In this document: in pieces, positions 1 through 9,022 of the stretch
How positions within the stretch are numbered: the stretch's first letter is position 1
Layout of the letters: each line of letters begins with the position of its first letter
Source of the DNA: Roseovarius sp.
GTDB lineage: Bacteria; Pseudomonadota; Alphaproteobacteria; Rhodobacterales; Rhodobacteraceae
Direction of reading: 5' to 3'
NCBI GenBank assembly: GCA_036568405.1
Contig: DATCSR010000001.1
Location: 34,684 to 98,683 of the forward strand
DNA length: 64,000 nt
Program-made: the position numbers and the translations under genes
The notes under the pieces: generated by a model
What the model was told of the DNA's origin: nothing
Databases searched by the model: none
Seen by the model: only the letters and a program-made list of their open reading frames with translations

Positions 1-2
1 GT

Positions 3-686
3 TGGCCCGGCATCCTGCTGCACGAGGCCATCGGTCACGGGCTGGAGGGCGATTTCAACCGCAAGGGCACGTCGGCCTTCGCCGGATTGATGGGACAGCG
101 CATTGCCGCGAAGGGCGTGACGGTGCTGGACGACGGGACGATCCCGGACCGGCGCGGCTCGCTTACCATCGACGACGAAGGCACACCATCGCGCCGCAAC
201 GTGCTGATCGAGGACGGGATTCTGGTCGGCCTCATGCAAGACCGCCAGAACGCCCGCCTGACGGGCGTCGAGGCGACAGGCAACGGGCGCCGCGAAAGTT
301 ACGCCCACGTGCCGATGCCGCGCATGACCAACACCTATATGCTGGGCGGCGACGCCGCGCCCGGCGACATCGTGGCCGATCTCAAGGATGGCATCTATGC
401 TGTCGGGTTCGGCGGCGGGCAGGTCGATATCACCAATGGCAAATTCGTGTTTTCCTGCACCGAGGCGTACCGCGTGCAAAACGGCAAGGTCGGCGCACCG
501 GTCAAGGGCGCCACGCTGATCGGCGATGGCGCGACCGCACTTCAGCAGATCCGCGCGTTGGGCAACGACATGGCGCTGGACCCCGGCATGGGCAGTTGCG
601 GCAAGGCGGGCCAGTGGGTGCCCGTCGGCGTCGGCCAGCCGACAGTGATGATCGGCGGGCTGACGGTGGGCGGATCCGGCGGCTGA
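3..686 (+). CDS. tldD: TldD/PmbA-family metalloprotease, C-terminal part (5' end outside window)
   Basis: Frame 3 read from the window edge gives [26 protein letters not shown]..., a TldD-type HExxxH zinc motif. It is continuous with listed ORF 87..686. Confidence 0.85.
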   Translation, partial: WPGILLHEAIGHGLEGDFNRKGTSAFAGLMGQRIAAKGVTVLDDGTIPDRRGSLTIDDEGTPSRRNVLIEDGILVGLMQDRQNARLTGVEATGNGRRESYAHVPMPRMTNTYMLGGDAAPGDIVADLKDGIYAVGFGGGQVDITNGKFVFSCTEAYRVQNGKVGAPVKGATLIGDGATALQQIRALGNDMALDPGMGSCGKAGQWVPVGVGQPTVMIGGLTVGGSGG

Positions 687-781
687 CCGGGGCCGAAGCA
701 ATCCCCGGCGCTATCGGAGGATGCGGAATCTGGGTATTTGGGCCAAGAAAAAACACGGGAAGTTCCATTGAAGGACGCTTT

Positions 782-817
782 TCTGTGGGCTGTCGAAAAT
801 CTGTGGGCTGTCGAAAA
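782..817. repeat. Perfect tandem duplication of an 18-bp unit (tctgtgggctgtcgaaaa x2) in the tldD-dprA intergenic region
   Basis: Read directly: 782-799 and 800-817 are identical. The pair is flanked by ttttc/gaaaag-like sequence. Confidence 0.9.
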
Positions 818-924
818 GACCATTTTTCAGGACGCGCCCGTCATATCACCGTTTTCAGGTCGTGGTTTACCGCCTGTTAACCACCCGTGCGCTACACCTG
901 ATTCTGCAAGCAGATGGAGCCACG

Positions 925-2064
925 ATGTCCGAGGAAACACATCCTTCCACTCACCCCCCACTCCCACCCACCACGGAAGATGATCGGGTGTCGTGGCTTC
1001 GTCTCTTGCGATCGCGGCGTGTTGGCGTCGCGACATTTTATCGCTTGCTGGCAGAACATGGCACAGCGCAGGCGGCGCTGACCGCGCTGCCAGAGGTAGC
1101 CAAGGCCGCATGCATCGACGGCTACGCCCCCTGCCCCGAAGGTGTTGTTCTGGCCGAAATGCGTGCAGCGCGGATGGCGCGGGCGCAGATGATCTGCGTG
1201 ACCGATTCACTTTACCCCGATGCGCTGCGCGACATCCCCGATCCGCCCCCGATTCTTTGGGCCATGGGTGATATCGGCGCGCTCGCCCGGCCCAAGGTTG
1301 CCCTGGTCGGCGCGCGCAATGCATCGTCGCTGGGGACGCGCATGGCGCGCGCGCTGGCGACAGAGCTGTCGAAGGCCGGATATGTCATAGTTTCCGGTTT
1401 GGCGCGCGGAATTGACACGGCCGCGCACGCAGCGGCGGCAGATGCCGGAACAATCGCGGTGATGGCGGGCGGTGTCGACGTGCTCTACCCCGCCGAGAAC
1501 GCGAAACTGGCGGACGAGATCCTGCGCTGCGGCGTGCGCCTGTCAGAGATGCCGATGGGCACACAGCCGCAGGCGCGTCATTTCCCGCGCCGCAACCGGA
1601 TCATAAGCGGACTGGCCGGTGCGGTCGTCGTGGTCGAGGCGGCGGCCAAATCTGGTTCCTTGATTACGGCGCGCAATGCGCTGGATCAGGGCCGCGAAGT
1701 GCTGGCCGTGCCGGGACACCCCTTCGATGCACGCGCTGCCGGATGCAACATGCTGATCCGCGACGGCGCGCGCCTGATCCGCAGCGCCGCCGACGTGATC
1801 GAGGCGCTGCCGGCAGCCCAGACGCCACAGCCGGATTTGCCGATGCCCATCCCGGACAGTCCGCCCGAGCGCCCCCCCCTGCACGAGGCAGCCGATCTGC
1901 ACACCCGCATCCTCAGCCGACTTGGCCCCTCACCCCTTGCCGAGGATCAGTTGATCCGCGACCTGGACACGCCGGCCCGCGCCGTCGCCCCGGCGCTGAT
2001 CGATCTGGAACTGGACGGGCGGATCCGCAGACAGCCGGGGGGCCTGCTGTCGCTGGCGGACTGA
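925..2064 (+). CDS. dprA: DNA-processing protein DprA (Smf)
   Basis: ORF 862..2064 contains the DprA Rossmann core ...ALVGARNASSLGTRMARALATELSKAGYVIVSGLARGIDTAAH.... ATG 925 follows GGAG at 916-919. dprA-topA synteny is widespread. Confidence 0.85.
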   Translation: MSEETHPSTHPPLPPTTEDDRVSWLRLLRSRRVGVATFYRLLAEHGTAQAALTALPEVAKAACIDGYAPCPEGVVLAEMRAARMARAQMICVTDSLYPDALRDIPDPPPILWAMGDIGALARPKVALVGARNASSLGTRMARALATELSKAGYVIVSGLARGIDTAAHAAAADAGTIAVMAGGVDVLYPAENAKLADEILRCGVRLSEMPMGTQPQARHFPRRNRIISGLAGAVVVVEAAAKSGSLITARNALDQGREVLAVPGHPFDARAAGCNMLIRDGARLIRSAADVIEALPAAQTPQPDLPMPIPDSPPERPPLHEAADLHTRILSRLGPSPLAEDQLIRDLDTPARAVAPALIDLELDGRIRRQPGGLLSLAD

Positions 2065-2177
2065 CCCGGCCCGCCACACAGCGCGAAATGGCATCAATGC
2101 CGCCCGCATTGACAATCCCTCTTGCGCCCCCACATGGTGCGCCGCCATAAGTGCCGCCCCGAGTGGAGAGGAATTTC

Positions 2178-4889
2178 ATGCCCGTCGTCGTCGTCGAATC
2201 CCCGGCCAAGGCCAAGACAATCAACAAGTATCTCGGCCCGGATTACACGGTGCTGGCATCCTACGGCCATGTGCGTGACCTGCCGCCCAAGGATGGCTCG
2301 GTCGATCCTGACAACGGCTTTGACATGAAATGGGAGATCGGCGCCGACAGCCGCAAACACGTCAAGGCAATCGCCGACGCGCTGGCACTCGACAACGCGC
2401 TGATCCTCGCGACCGACCCCGACCGCGAGGGAGAGGCGATCAGCTGGCATCTGGAGGAGGCGCTGCGCAAGCGCAAGGCGATCAACAAGGACACGCCGGT
2501 CAGCCGCGTCGTCTTTAACGCCATCACCAAGGCCGCCGTGACCGAAGCGATGGCCAACCCCCGGCAGGTCGACGCGCCGCTGGTCGAGGCCTATCTGGCA
2601 CGCCGCGCGCTGGATTATCTGGTGGGCTTCAACCTCTCCCCCGTACTCTGGCGCAAGTTGCCAGGCGCGAAATCGGCGGGCCGGGTGCAATCTGTCTGCC
2701 TGCGCCTGATTGTCGAGCGCGAGATGGAGATCGAGGCGTTCAACCCCCGCGAATACTGGTCCGTCAAGGCGCTTCTGGCCACCCCGCGGGGGCAGGAATA
2801 CGAGGCGCGGCTGACCACGCTGGCAGGCCAGAAACTGGACAAGTTCGATCTGGCGAACGCCACGCACGCTGAAATGGCCGTGCAGGCGGTCTCCAGCCGC
2901 GCGCTGACCGTCACCTCGGTCGAAGCCAAGCCAGCCAGCCGCAACCCCTCGCCCCCCTTCATGACCTCGACACTTCAGCAGGAGGCGAGCCGCAAGTTCG
3001 GCATGGGCGCGCGCCAGACGATGAGCGCGGCGCAGCGCCTCTATGAGGCCGGCCACATCACCTACATGCGGACCGACGGCATCGACATGGCCCCCGAGGC
3101 CGTGACCGCCGCCCGCGACGCCATCGCCGAGCGGTATGGCAAGGAATATGTGCCGTCCGCGCCGCGCATCTACAAAAACAAGGCGAAGAACGCGCAGGAA
3201 GCGCATGAATGTATCCGCCCCACTGAAATGACCCGCGACGCCGCCGCGCTGAAAATCACCGACCGCGATCAGGCACGGCTCTATGATCTGATCTGGAAGC
3301 GCACGCTTGCCTGCCAGATGGAGGGCGCGCGTCTGGAACGGACCACGGTCGAGATCGGCAGCGCTGACGGCCAGGTCGGGCTGCGTGCGACCGGTCAGGT
3401 CGTACTGTTCGACGGATTTCTGCGAGTTTACGAGGAGGGTCGCGACGACGTGGCCGATGACGGCGACGATGCCCGCCTGCCGCAGATCGCCGAAGGCGAC
3501 AAGGCGCCGTTTGGTAAATCCGGATTGAAGACCCAATTCGCTAAGGCCGACAAATCTGAAAGCGTGACCGAGGACAGCGCCGAGGGCATGGCCCGTCACG
3601 ACACCGCCATCCTCTCGGAAAACGCCGCCGTGCTGGGGCTGCAATCGCACACCCAGCCGCCCCCCCGCTATACCGAGGCGACGCTGGTCAAGCGGATGGA
3701 AGAGCTGGGCATCGGCCGCCCCTCGACCTATGCCAGCATCGTGACCACGATTCAGGACCGCGAATATGTTCGCAAGGACGGCAATCGCCTGATTCCCGAG
3801 GATAAGGGGCGGATCGTCACGATCTTCCTGCTGAATTTCTTCAGGCAATATGTCGGCTACGAATTCACCGCTAACCTCGAGGAAGAGTTGGACCATGTCA
3901 GCGCGGGGAAGGCCGACTGGAAGGACATTCTGACCCGGTTCTGGCGCGATTTCTCTGCCGCCATTGCGGAAACCTCCGAATTGCGCATCTCCGAAGTGCT
4001 GGATGTGCTGGACGACGCGCTGGCGCCTACGCTCTATCCGCCGCGCGAGGACGGGACCGATCCGCGCATCTGCCCCCTGTGCGGCGAGGGCAAGCTGCAC
4101 CTGAAAACGTCTAAGTCGGGCGGTTTTGTCGGCTGCGGCAACTATCCCGAATGCCGCTATACGCGCCCCATCGGATCGGACGCCGCCGAAGCGGGCGACC
4201 GTGTGCTGGGCGAGGATCAAGGCGACGAGATATCCCTGCGCTCCGGCCGCTTTGGCCCTTATGTCCAGCGCGGCGAGGCGACCGAAGAGAACAAGAAGCC
4301 GCCGCGCGCCTCCTTGCCGAAAGGCTGGACGCCCGACGCGATGGATCTGGAAAAGGCACTGACGCTGCTTAGCCTGCCGCGCGAAGTGGGCCCGCATCCC
4401 GAGGATGGCGAGATGATCGAGGCCGGGATCGGACGCTACGGCCCGTTCGTGAAGCACGGCAAGCTCTACGCCAATCTCAAGGAAGTGGACGAGGTTTTCA
4501 CCATCGGCATGAACCGCGCGGTCGAGGTTCTGGCACAGAAGCTTGCCAGCCGGGGCGCGGGCCGGGCGGCGGCCAAACCTTTGAAAGAATTGGGTGAGCA
4601 TCCTGAAAGCGGTGGCGCAATCAACGTGATGGAAGGGCGGTACGGCCCCTACGTCAAATGGGAAAAGATCAACGCGACCCTGCCCAAAGGAACCGAACCC
4701 GGCGATGTGACCCTTCCGATGGCAATGGAGTTGATCACAGAGAAAGCCGCGAAGTCGGGCAAGGCCGGCGCAAAGAAAAAGGCCCCCGCCAAGAAGCCGG
4801 CAGCCAAGAAACCGGCGGCAAAGAAGGCAGCACCAAAGAAGCCTGCGGCGAAAAAACCCGCGGCGAAGAAAAAAATCGCTGGCGAATGA
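2178..4889 (+). CDS. topA: DNA topoisomerase I
   Basis: Toprim N-terminus MPVVVVESPAKAKTINKYLG starts at ATG 2178. The active-site region is GHITYMRTDG. There is a Cys4 zinc ribbon (CPLCGEGKL...CGNYPEC) and a Lys/Ala/Pro-rich tail. Confidence 0.95.
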   Translation: MPVVVVESPAKAKTINKYLGPDYTVLASYGHVRDLPPKDGSVDPDNGFDMKWEIGADSRKHVKAIADALALDNALILATDPDREGEAISWHLEEALRKRKAINKDTPVSRVVFNAITKAAVTEAMANPRQVDAPLVEAYLARRALDYLVGFNLSPVLWRKLPGAKSAGRVQSVCLRLIVEREMEIEAFNPREYWSVKALLATPRGQEYEARLTTLAGQKLDKFDLANATHAEMAVQAVSSRALTVTSVEAKPASRNPSPPFMTSTLQQEASRKFGMGARQTMSAAQRLYEAGHITYMRTDGIDMAPEAVTAARDAIAERYGKEYVPSAPRIYKNKAKNAQEAHECIRPTEMTRDAAALKITDRDQARLYDLIWKRTLACQMEGARLERTTVEIGSADGQVGLRATGQVVLFDGFLRVYEEGRDDVADDGDDARLPQIAEGDKAPFGKSGLKTQFAKADKSESVTEDSAEGMARHDTAILSENAAVLGLQSHTQPPPRYTEATLVKRMEELGIGRPSTYASIVTTIQDREYVRKDGNRLIPEDKGRIVTIFLLNFFRQYVGYEFTANLEEELDHVSAGKADWKDILTRFWRDFSAAIAETSELRISEVLDVLDDALAPTLYPPREDGTDPRICPLCGEGKLHLKTSKSGGFVGCGNYPECRYTRPIGSDAAEAGDRVLGEDQGDEISLRSGRFGPYVQRGEATEENKKPPRASLPKGWTPDAMDLEKALTLLSLPREVGPHPEDGEMIEAGIGRYGPFVKHGKLYANLKEVDEVFTIGMNRAVEVLAQKLASRGAGRAAAKPLKELGEHPESGGAINVMEGRYGPYVKWEKINATLPKGTEPGDVTLPMAMELITEKAAKSGKAGAKKKAPAKKPAAKKPAAKKAAPKKPAAKKPAAKKKIAGE

Positions 4890-4920
4890 TGGCGCCGCAC
4901 CGGTTGGCCGAAGTACCGGG

Positions 4921-4950
4921 CGCATGGTTCCCATGCGTTCCGGGCTTTTC
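4921..4950 (+). terminator. Candidate intrinsic terminator after topA
   Basis: Hairpin cgcatgg-ttc-ccatgcg (4921-4937) is followed by ttccgggcttttcc. The T-tract is imperfect. Confidence 0.4.
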
Positions 4951-5052
4951 CGGGTCGCTACACGGCTTTGTTATTGGAACCTATCTCGCCCAATCATCAT
5001 TAAGATTGTAAGGGTACACCGCTAAGCCCGCTAGAATGAGAGGATTCGCGCG

Positions 5053-5619
5053 ATGACAGATACAAAATTCAACCGCCGCGCCGCACTGGTCGGCGGTGCA
5101 GCAGCTTTTGTTACACTGGCCACGCCCGGCATCTTGCGTGCGCAAGCTCTTGAGACGCGCCGCAATGCGTCCAGCTTTGTCACCCAGAACTGGCAGGATC
5201 ATTTCGATACGCTGGGCTCTGGTGCCATTGTGTGTGACACAACCTCGCGTGCACTGCATTATTGGAATTCGGACGCGACCGATTACCGGGTCTATCCCAC
5301 ATCCGTTCCGATGACAGACGATCTTACACGCACCGGATACAGCAAGATCGTGCGCAAGAAGGTTGGCCCCGACTGGACGCCGACCGCGAACATGAGGGCA
5401 GCCAACCCCGATTTGCCAGACTACATGCCGCCCGGCCCTGATAATCCGCTGGGCACGCACGCCATGTATCTGACATGGCCTGCCTATCTGATTCATGGAA
5501 CACATGACACGCGCAAGATTGGCCGCAAGTCATCTTCGGGCTGCATTGGTCTGTACAATTCGAAGATCGAAGAGTTGTTCGCGGTAACGCCGATCGGCAC
5601 GCAGGTGCGCATCATCTGA
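5053..5619 (+). CDS. L,D-transpeptidase (YkuD domain), probable Tat-exported
   Basis: Twin-arginine style leader NRRAALVGGAAAFVTLATPGILRAQA. YkuD catalytic motif HGTHDTRKIGRKSSSGCIGL. RBS gagagga lies upstream. Confidence 0.85.
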   Translation: MTDTKFNRRAALVGGAAAFVTLATPGILRAQALETRRNASSFVTQNWQDHFDTLGSGAIVCDTTSRALHYWNSDATDYRVYPTSVPMTDDLTRTGYSKIVRKKVGPDWTPTANMRAANPDLPDYMPPGPDNPLGTHAMYLTWPAYLIHGTHDTRKIGRKSSSGCIGLYNSKIEELFAVTPIGTQVRII

Positions 5620-5741
5620 TGCACGCTTTGACGTGGTAGGTAGTAACCCTTAGTTTGGCCCATGCGGCGGCGGCGGCATTGACTTCCGCCGCCGCCTTGC
5701 CCCACAACTTTGGGCAACATTGCCATACTGGGGGTTTTTCG

Positions 5742-6446
5742 ATGAAGAAAGTATATCCTGACGCCGCCGCTGCGCTGGACGGGGTGTTGTTTGACGGCAT
5801 GACCATCGCCGCAGGCGGCTTTGGTCTGTGCGGCATCCCCGAGCTGCTGCTGCAGGCGATCAAGGATGCGGGAACGAAGGATCTGACCTTCGCCAGCAAC
5901 AACGCGGGTGTTGACGATTTCGGTATCGGGATTCTGCTGCAGACGCGGCAGGTTAAAAAGATGCTCAGCTCCTATGTGGGCGAGAACGCCGAGTTCATGC
6001 GCCAGTATCTGGCAGGCGAGCTTGAGATCGAATTCAACCCGCAGGGCACCCTGGCCGAGCGGATGCGCGCGGGCGGTGCGGGTATTCCCGGCTTTTACAC
6101 GAAAACCGGCGTCGGCACTCAGGTGGCCGAAGGCAAGGAGCACAAGGATTTCGATGGCGAGACCTATATCCTTGAGCGCGGGATCGTCGCGGACCTGGCG
6201 ATCGTCAAGGCGTGGAAGGCCGACGACACCGGCAACCTGATCTTTCGCAAGACCGCCCGCAACTTCAACCCGCCTGCCGCGATGTGCGGCAGGATTTGCG
6301 TTGCGGAGGTCGAGGAAATCGTCCCGCGCGGATCGCTGGACCCCGACAACATCCACCTGCCCGGCATCTACGTGCACCGCCTGATCCAGGGCGACCATGA
6401 AAAACGGATCGAGCAGCGCACGACTCGCAAGCGGGAGGAAGCATAA
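5742..6446 (+). CDS. scoA: 3-oxoacid CoA-transferase subunit A
   Basis: [36 protein letters not shown]... is a family I CoA-transferase alpha subunit. ATG 5742 lies within listed ORF 5655..6446. Confidence 0.9.
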   Translation: MKKVYPDAAAALDGVLFDGMTIAAGGFGLCGIPELLLQAIKDAGTKDLTFASNNAGVDDFGIGILLQTRQVKKMLSSYVGENAEFMRQYLAGELEIEFNPQGTLAERMRAGGAGIPGFYTKTGVGTQVAEGKEHKDFDGETYILERGIVADLAIVKAWKADDTGNLIFRKTARNFNPPAAMCGRICVAEVEEIVPRGSLDPDNIHLPGIYVHRLIQGDHEKRIEQRTTRKREEA

Positions 6447-7069
6447 TGCCCTGGGATCGTAACCAAATGGCCGAACGTGCCGCGCAGGAGCTGGAAGACG
6501 GCATGTATGTCAACCTTGGCATCGGCATTCCGACGCTGGTGGCCAACTATGTCGGCGACAAGGAAATCACCCTGCAATCGGAAAACGGCATGCTGGGCAT
6601 GGGGCCTTTCCCTTACGAGGGCGAGGAAGATCCGGACCTGATCAACGCCGGCAAGCAGACGATTACCGAGCTTAACCGCACCGCTTATTTCGATTCTGCC
6701 ACCAGCTTTGGCATGATCCGCGGTGGCAAGATCGCGGCAGCAATCCTTGGCGCAATGGAAGTCGCCGAAAACGGTGATCTGGCGAATTGGATGATTCCCG
6801 GCAAGCTGGTCAAGGGCATGGGCGGCGCGATGGATCTGGTCGCGGGCGTTGGCAAGGTCATCGTCGTCATGGACCACACCAGCAAGCATGGCGACAGCAA
6901 GCTGCTGAAGAAATGCACCCTGCCACTGACCGGCACCGGCGTGGTGGACCGCATCATCACCAATCTGGGCGTTTTGGACGTGGTCGAAGGTGGCTTGAAA
7001 ATCGTCGAGACCGCCGACGGCGTAACCGAAGAGGAACTGCGCGCCGCGACCGAGGCCACCATCGTCTGA
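6446..7069 (+). CDS. scoB: 3-oxoacid CoA-transferase subunit B
   Basis: The start overlaps the scoA stop (ATAATG). The LQSENGMLGMGP motif contains the catalytic Glu of the beta subunit. Confidence 0.9.
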   Translation: MPWDRNQMAERAAQELEDGMYVNLGIGIPTLVANYVGDKEITLQSENGMLGMGPFPYEGEEDPDLINAGKQTITELNRTAYFDSATSFGMIRGGKIAAAILGAMEVAENGDLANWMIPGKLVKGMGGAMDLVAGVGKVIVVMDHTSKHGDSKLLKKCTLPLTGTGVVDRIITNLGVLDVVEGGLKIVETADGVTEEELRAATEATIV

Positions 7070-7108
7070 TCAGGCGCGGGTCCGGACCTACATATCTGGC
7101 AGGAACAG

Positions 7109-7142
7109 GGGGCGGTGCCATGCGGCGCCGCCCCTTTTATTT
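7109..7142 (+). terminator. Intrinsic terminator after scoB, sitting between convergent genes
   Basis: GC stem ggggcggtgcc / ggcgccgcccc has one G-U pair and loop atgc, followed by ttttattt. Confidence 0.65.
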
Positions 7143-7979
7143 GGCCATTGCCATGTTCAGCGCACAGCCGTCTGAAATGAACTCGGGCCGCGTCTTGCAC
7201 AGGCCGCGCGCCAGATCGTAGGCCGCCAGCACCTTGGGGACGTAATCGCGCGTTTCGGCATAGGGCGGCACGCCCTTGTTTGCCTTGACCGCGTTTTCCC
7301 CCGCATTGTAGCCCGCAAGCGCAAGGATGGGATCGCCGCCGAATTCCTTGAGCAGCCAATCCAGGTAGGCGACACCGCCCCTGATGTTCTGCGCCTCCGA
7401 CATCGCGTCGGTCACGCCGAACCGTGCGGCGGTATCTGGGATCAGCTGCATGATGCCCTGCGCGCCCTTTTCGCTGACCGCGCGGCCACGCCCGCCCGAT
7501 TCAACCGCGATCACCGCCAGCACCAGCGCAGGCGATACATCGGTGCCGATTGTCGCCTGCAGGATATTCTGGCCCTGCGCCGTCGCGATCGTCTGGATGT
7601 CCTGCAGGCGGTAGCGGGGCGCGAGCGCGCCTTGAGGCGGTTTGGCCAGCTTGCCCAGCGCCTCGTCAAAGCGCACGGTGCCCGCGTCCGAATAGCCCGG
7701 CGGCACCACATCCCAGAACCAGCCGTATTTCGCGGTGCGCACGGCCGGCACGTCTGGAACCTCGGGGACCGCGCTCTCCACGTCGCGCCGCGGCGTGGAC
7801 CCGGCCGGGGGCGGCTGGTCGCCCGGCTGGATCTGGACGGTAATGCGCTTGGTCGTCCCTTTTTTGGGCGGCTTGCTCATCTTGAAGGTAAAATCGGCAA
7901 AAGGCGCGGGGCTTTCGGCCTGCGCCGCAGTACCGGCGCAAAGTGCAGTTGCCAGAATCGATGTCAGGACAGATCGCAC
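7137..7979 (-). CDS. Lytic transglycosylase (SLT domain), secreted
   Basis: Signal peptide MRSVLTSILATALCAGTAAQA. SLT motifs VIAVESGG...GAQGIMQLIPDTA...AGYNAGENAV. It is divergent from the pilin genes. Confidence 0.85.
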   Translation of the reverse strand: MRSVLTSILATALCAGTAAQAESPAPFADFTFKMSKPPKKGTTKRITVQIQPGDQPPPAGSTPRRDVESAVPEVPDVPAVRTAKYGWFWDVVPPGYSDAGTVRFDEALGKLAKPPQGALAPRYRLQDIQTIATAQGQNILQATIGTDVSPALVLAVIAVESGGRGRAVSEKGAQGIMQLIPDTAARFGVTDAMSEAQNIRGGVAYLDWLLKEFGGDPILALAGYNAGENAVKANKGVPPYAETRDYVPKVLAAYDLARGLCKTRPEFISDGCALNMAMAK

Positions 7980-8162
7980 TGCGCGCCTCGCATGCCTCGG
8001 ATTGTTTTATTTTGTATGAATCATCGCAAATAAAGTGCTGCCACACCAGCCCCAGTGGCCTCCAATGGGCAAAACAGAGCCACCTCAAGCGCTCGAAATG
8101 CATCAGATCAGGCCAAATTCGGAATTTTCTGAACTATTATTCCGTTCGCTATCAATGCGTTA

Positions 8163-8170
8163 ATGGTTAA
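8163..8170 (-). promoter_or_regulatory. CtrA half-site-like 8-mer TTAACCAT inside the palindrome cgttaa-tgg-ttaacg (8158-8172)
   Basis: Read directly in the A/T-richer 370-bp region upstream of the first pilin gene. It matches the Caulobacter CtrA 8-mer motif. Confidence 0.3.
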
Positions 8171-8219
8171 CGTCGCGCCGAGACGGGACTGTGCCAAAAT
8201 CGATCCATTCGCGCCCAAT

Positions 8220-8245
8220 TTGTGCCTTCATTCAGGGGCTATATA
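8220..8245 (+). promoter_or_regulatory. Candidate housekeeping-sigma promoter for the pilin genes
   Basis: ttgtgcc, then 11 nt, then gctatata. This resembles the alphaproteobacterial TTGACGS-N10-14-GCTANAWC pattern. Weak; pattern match only. Confidence 0.3.
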
Positions 8246-8346
8246 TATTCATCCGACGCGCTGAGGACCAACAGAGAGAGGCGGCCCAGACCAGCGAGAC
8301 GGTCAGAAACCTGAGTAAACCTAAGTATCCTTTGGAGGGACACACA

Positions 8347-8556
8347 ATGATCGATTTCATCAAGAATTTCCACGCCGACGAAGACGGCGCCGTGACTGTT
8401 GACTGGGTCGTCCTGACCGCAGCCGTTGTTGGCCTGGGCATCGCAGGCGTTGCAGCCGTTCAGACTGGTGTCACTAACTTGGCCGACAGCATCTCATCCG
8501 GCGTCGGCGGCATCACCATCACAGCACCCACCACGCTGGGCAACGACGGCACCTAA
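8347..8556 (+). CDS. Flp/Fap-type pilin (non-canonical DW variant), paralogue 1
   Basis: MIDFIKNFHADEDG|AVTVDWVVLTAAVVGLGIAGVAAV... parallels Caulobacter PilA ..FLKDESG|ATAIEYGLI... RBS GGAGGG lies 7 nt upstream of ATG 8347. The gene heads a tad locus. Confidence 0.7.
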   Translation: MIDFIKNFHADEDGAVTVDWVVLTAAVVGLGIAGVAAVQTGVTNLADSISSGVGGITITAPTTLGNDGT

Positions 8557-8592
8557 TAACTCGAGGATCCTGATTGGATCGCGACAGATGGG

Positions 8593-8626
8593 AAAGGGCC
8601 GCAAATCCGGCGATTTGCGGCCCTTT
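8593..8626 (+). terminator. Strong 15-bp hairpin between the two pilin genes (terminator/attenuator candidate)
   Basis: aaagggccgcaaatc-cggc-gatttgcggcccttt. No clear T-tract follows. Confidence 0.5.
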
Positions 8627-8681
8627 CGACATGCCGCCCTACACGCCCCGACCAGCACCATTCACAAAGGGATGAAGTCCC

Positions 8682-8876
8682 ATGAAGCGACCGAGCGTTG
8701 TGAGTATCTCCTTTTTACAGGAGGAAGATGGTGCAGTGGCCGTTGACTGGGTGGTTTTGACCGCCGCTGTCACAGGTCTGGCACTTGCCGCCTATTCCGG
8801 CGTAAATTCGGGAGTGGTGTCGCTAACCGGATCGATGAATACGGCGCTGACAGAGGCGGAAATCGACCTGCCCTGA
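8682..8876 (+). CDS. Flp/Fap-type pilin (non-canonical DW variant), paralogue 2
   Basis: MKRPSVVSISFLQEEDG|AVAVDWVVLTAAVTGLALAAY.... It has the same leader/G/hydrophobic-helix layout as paralogue 1. Confidence 0.65.
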   Translation: MKRPSVVSISFLQEEDGAVAVDWVVLTAAVTGLALAAYSGVNSGVVSLTGSMNTALTEAEIDLP

Positions 8877-9022
8877 TTTAGAACCAATCCGCGTGAAATT
8901 CGTGGAATTGTCGCTTATCCACCCCCATTTCGACACAATTTCGAGCGATACCTCTCGCAGGCTATCCCGCGCCGATAAATCAGCGCGCGCTGGGATGGCA
9001 GTGAAACGTGAAAGGATTTGCC

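Noticed and set aside
782-817. Tandem repeat considered as a CRISPR or minisatellite array
   Set aside because: There are only two directly abutting copies, with no spacers and no cas genes. It is kept as a possible regulatory duplication only.
2094-4934. 946-aa ORF antisense to topA
   Set aside because: It is Arg/Gly/Leu/Ala-rich and low in complexity, with no motifs. The opposite strand encodes an unmistakable TopA. This is the typical stop-codon-poor shadow frame of high-GC DNA.
5666-5696. 11-bp GC hairpin (ggcggcggcgg ... ccgccgccgcc) after the L,D-transpeptidase gene considered as a terminator
   Set aside because: No T-run follows. It is built from a simple GGC/GCC repeat that forms such dyads easily, so I left it unannotated.
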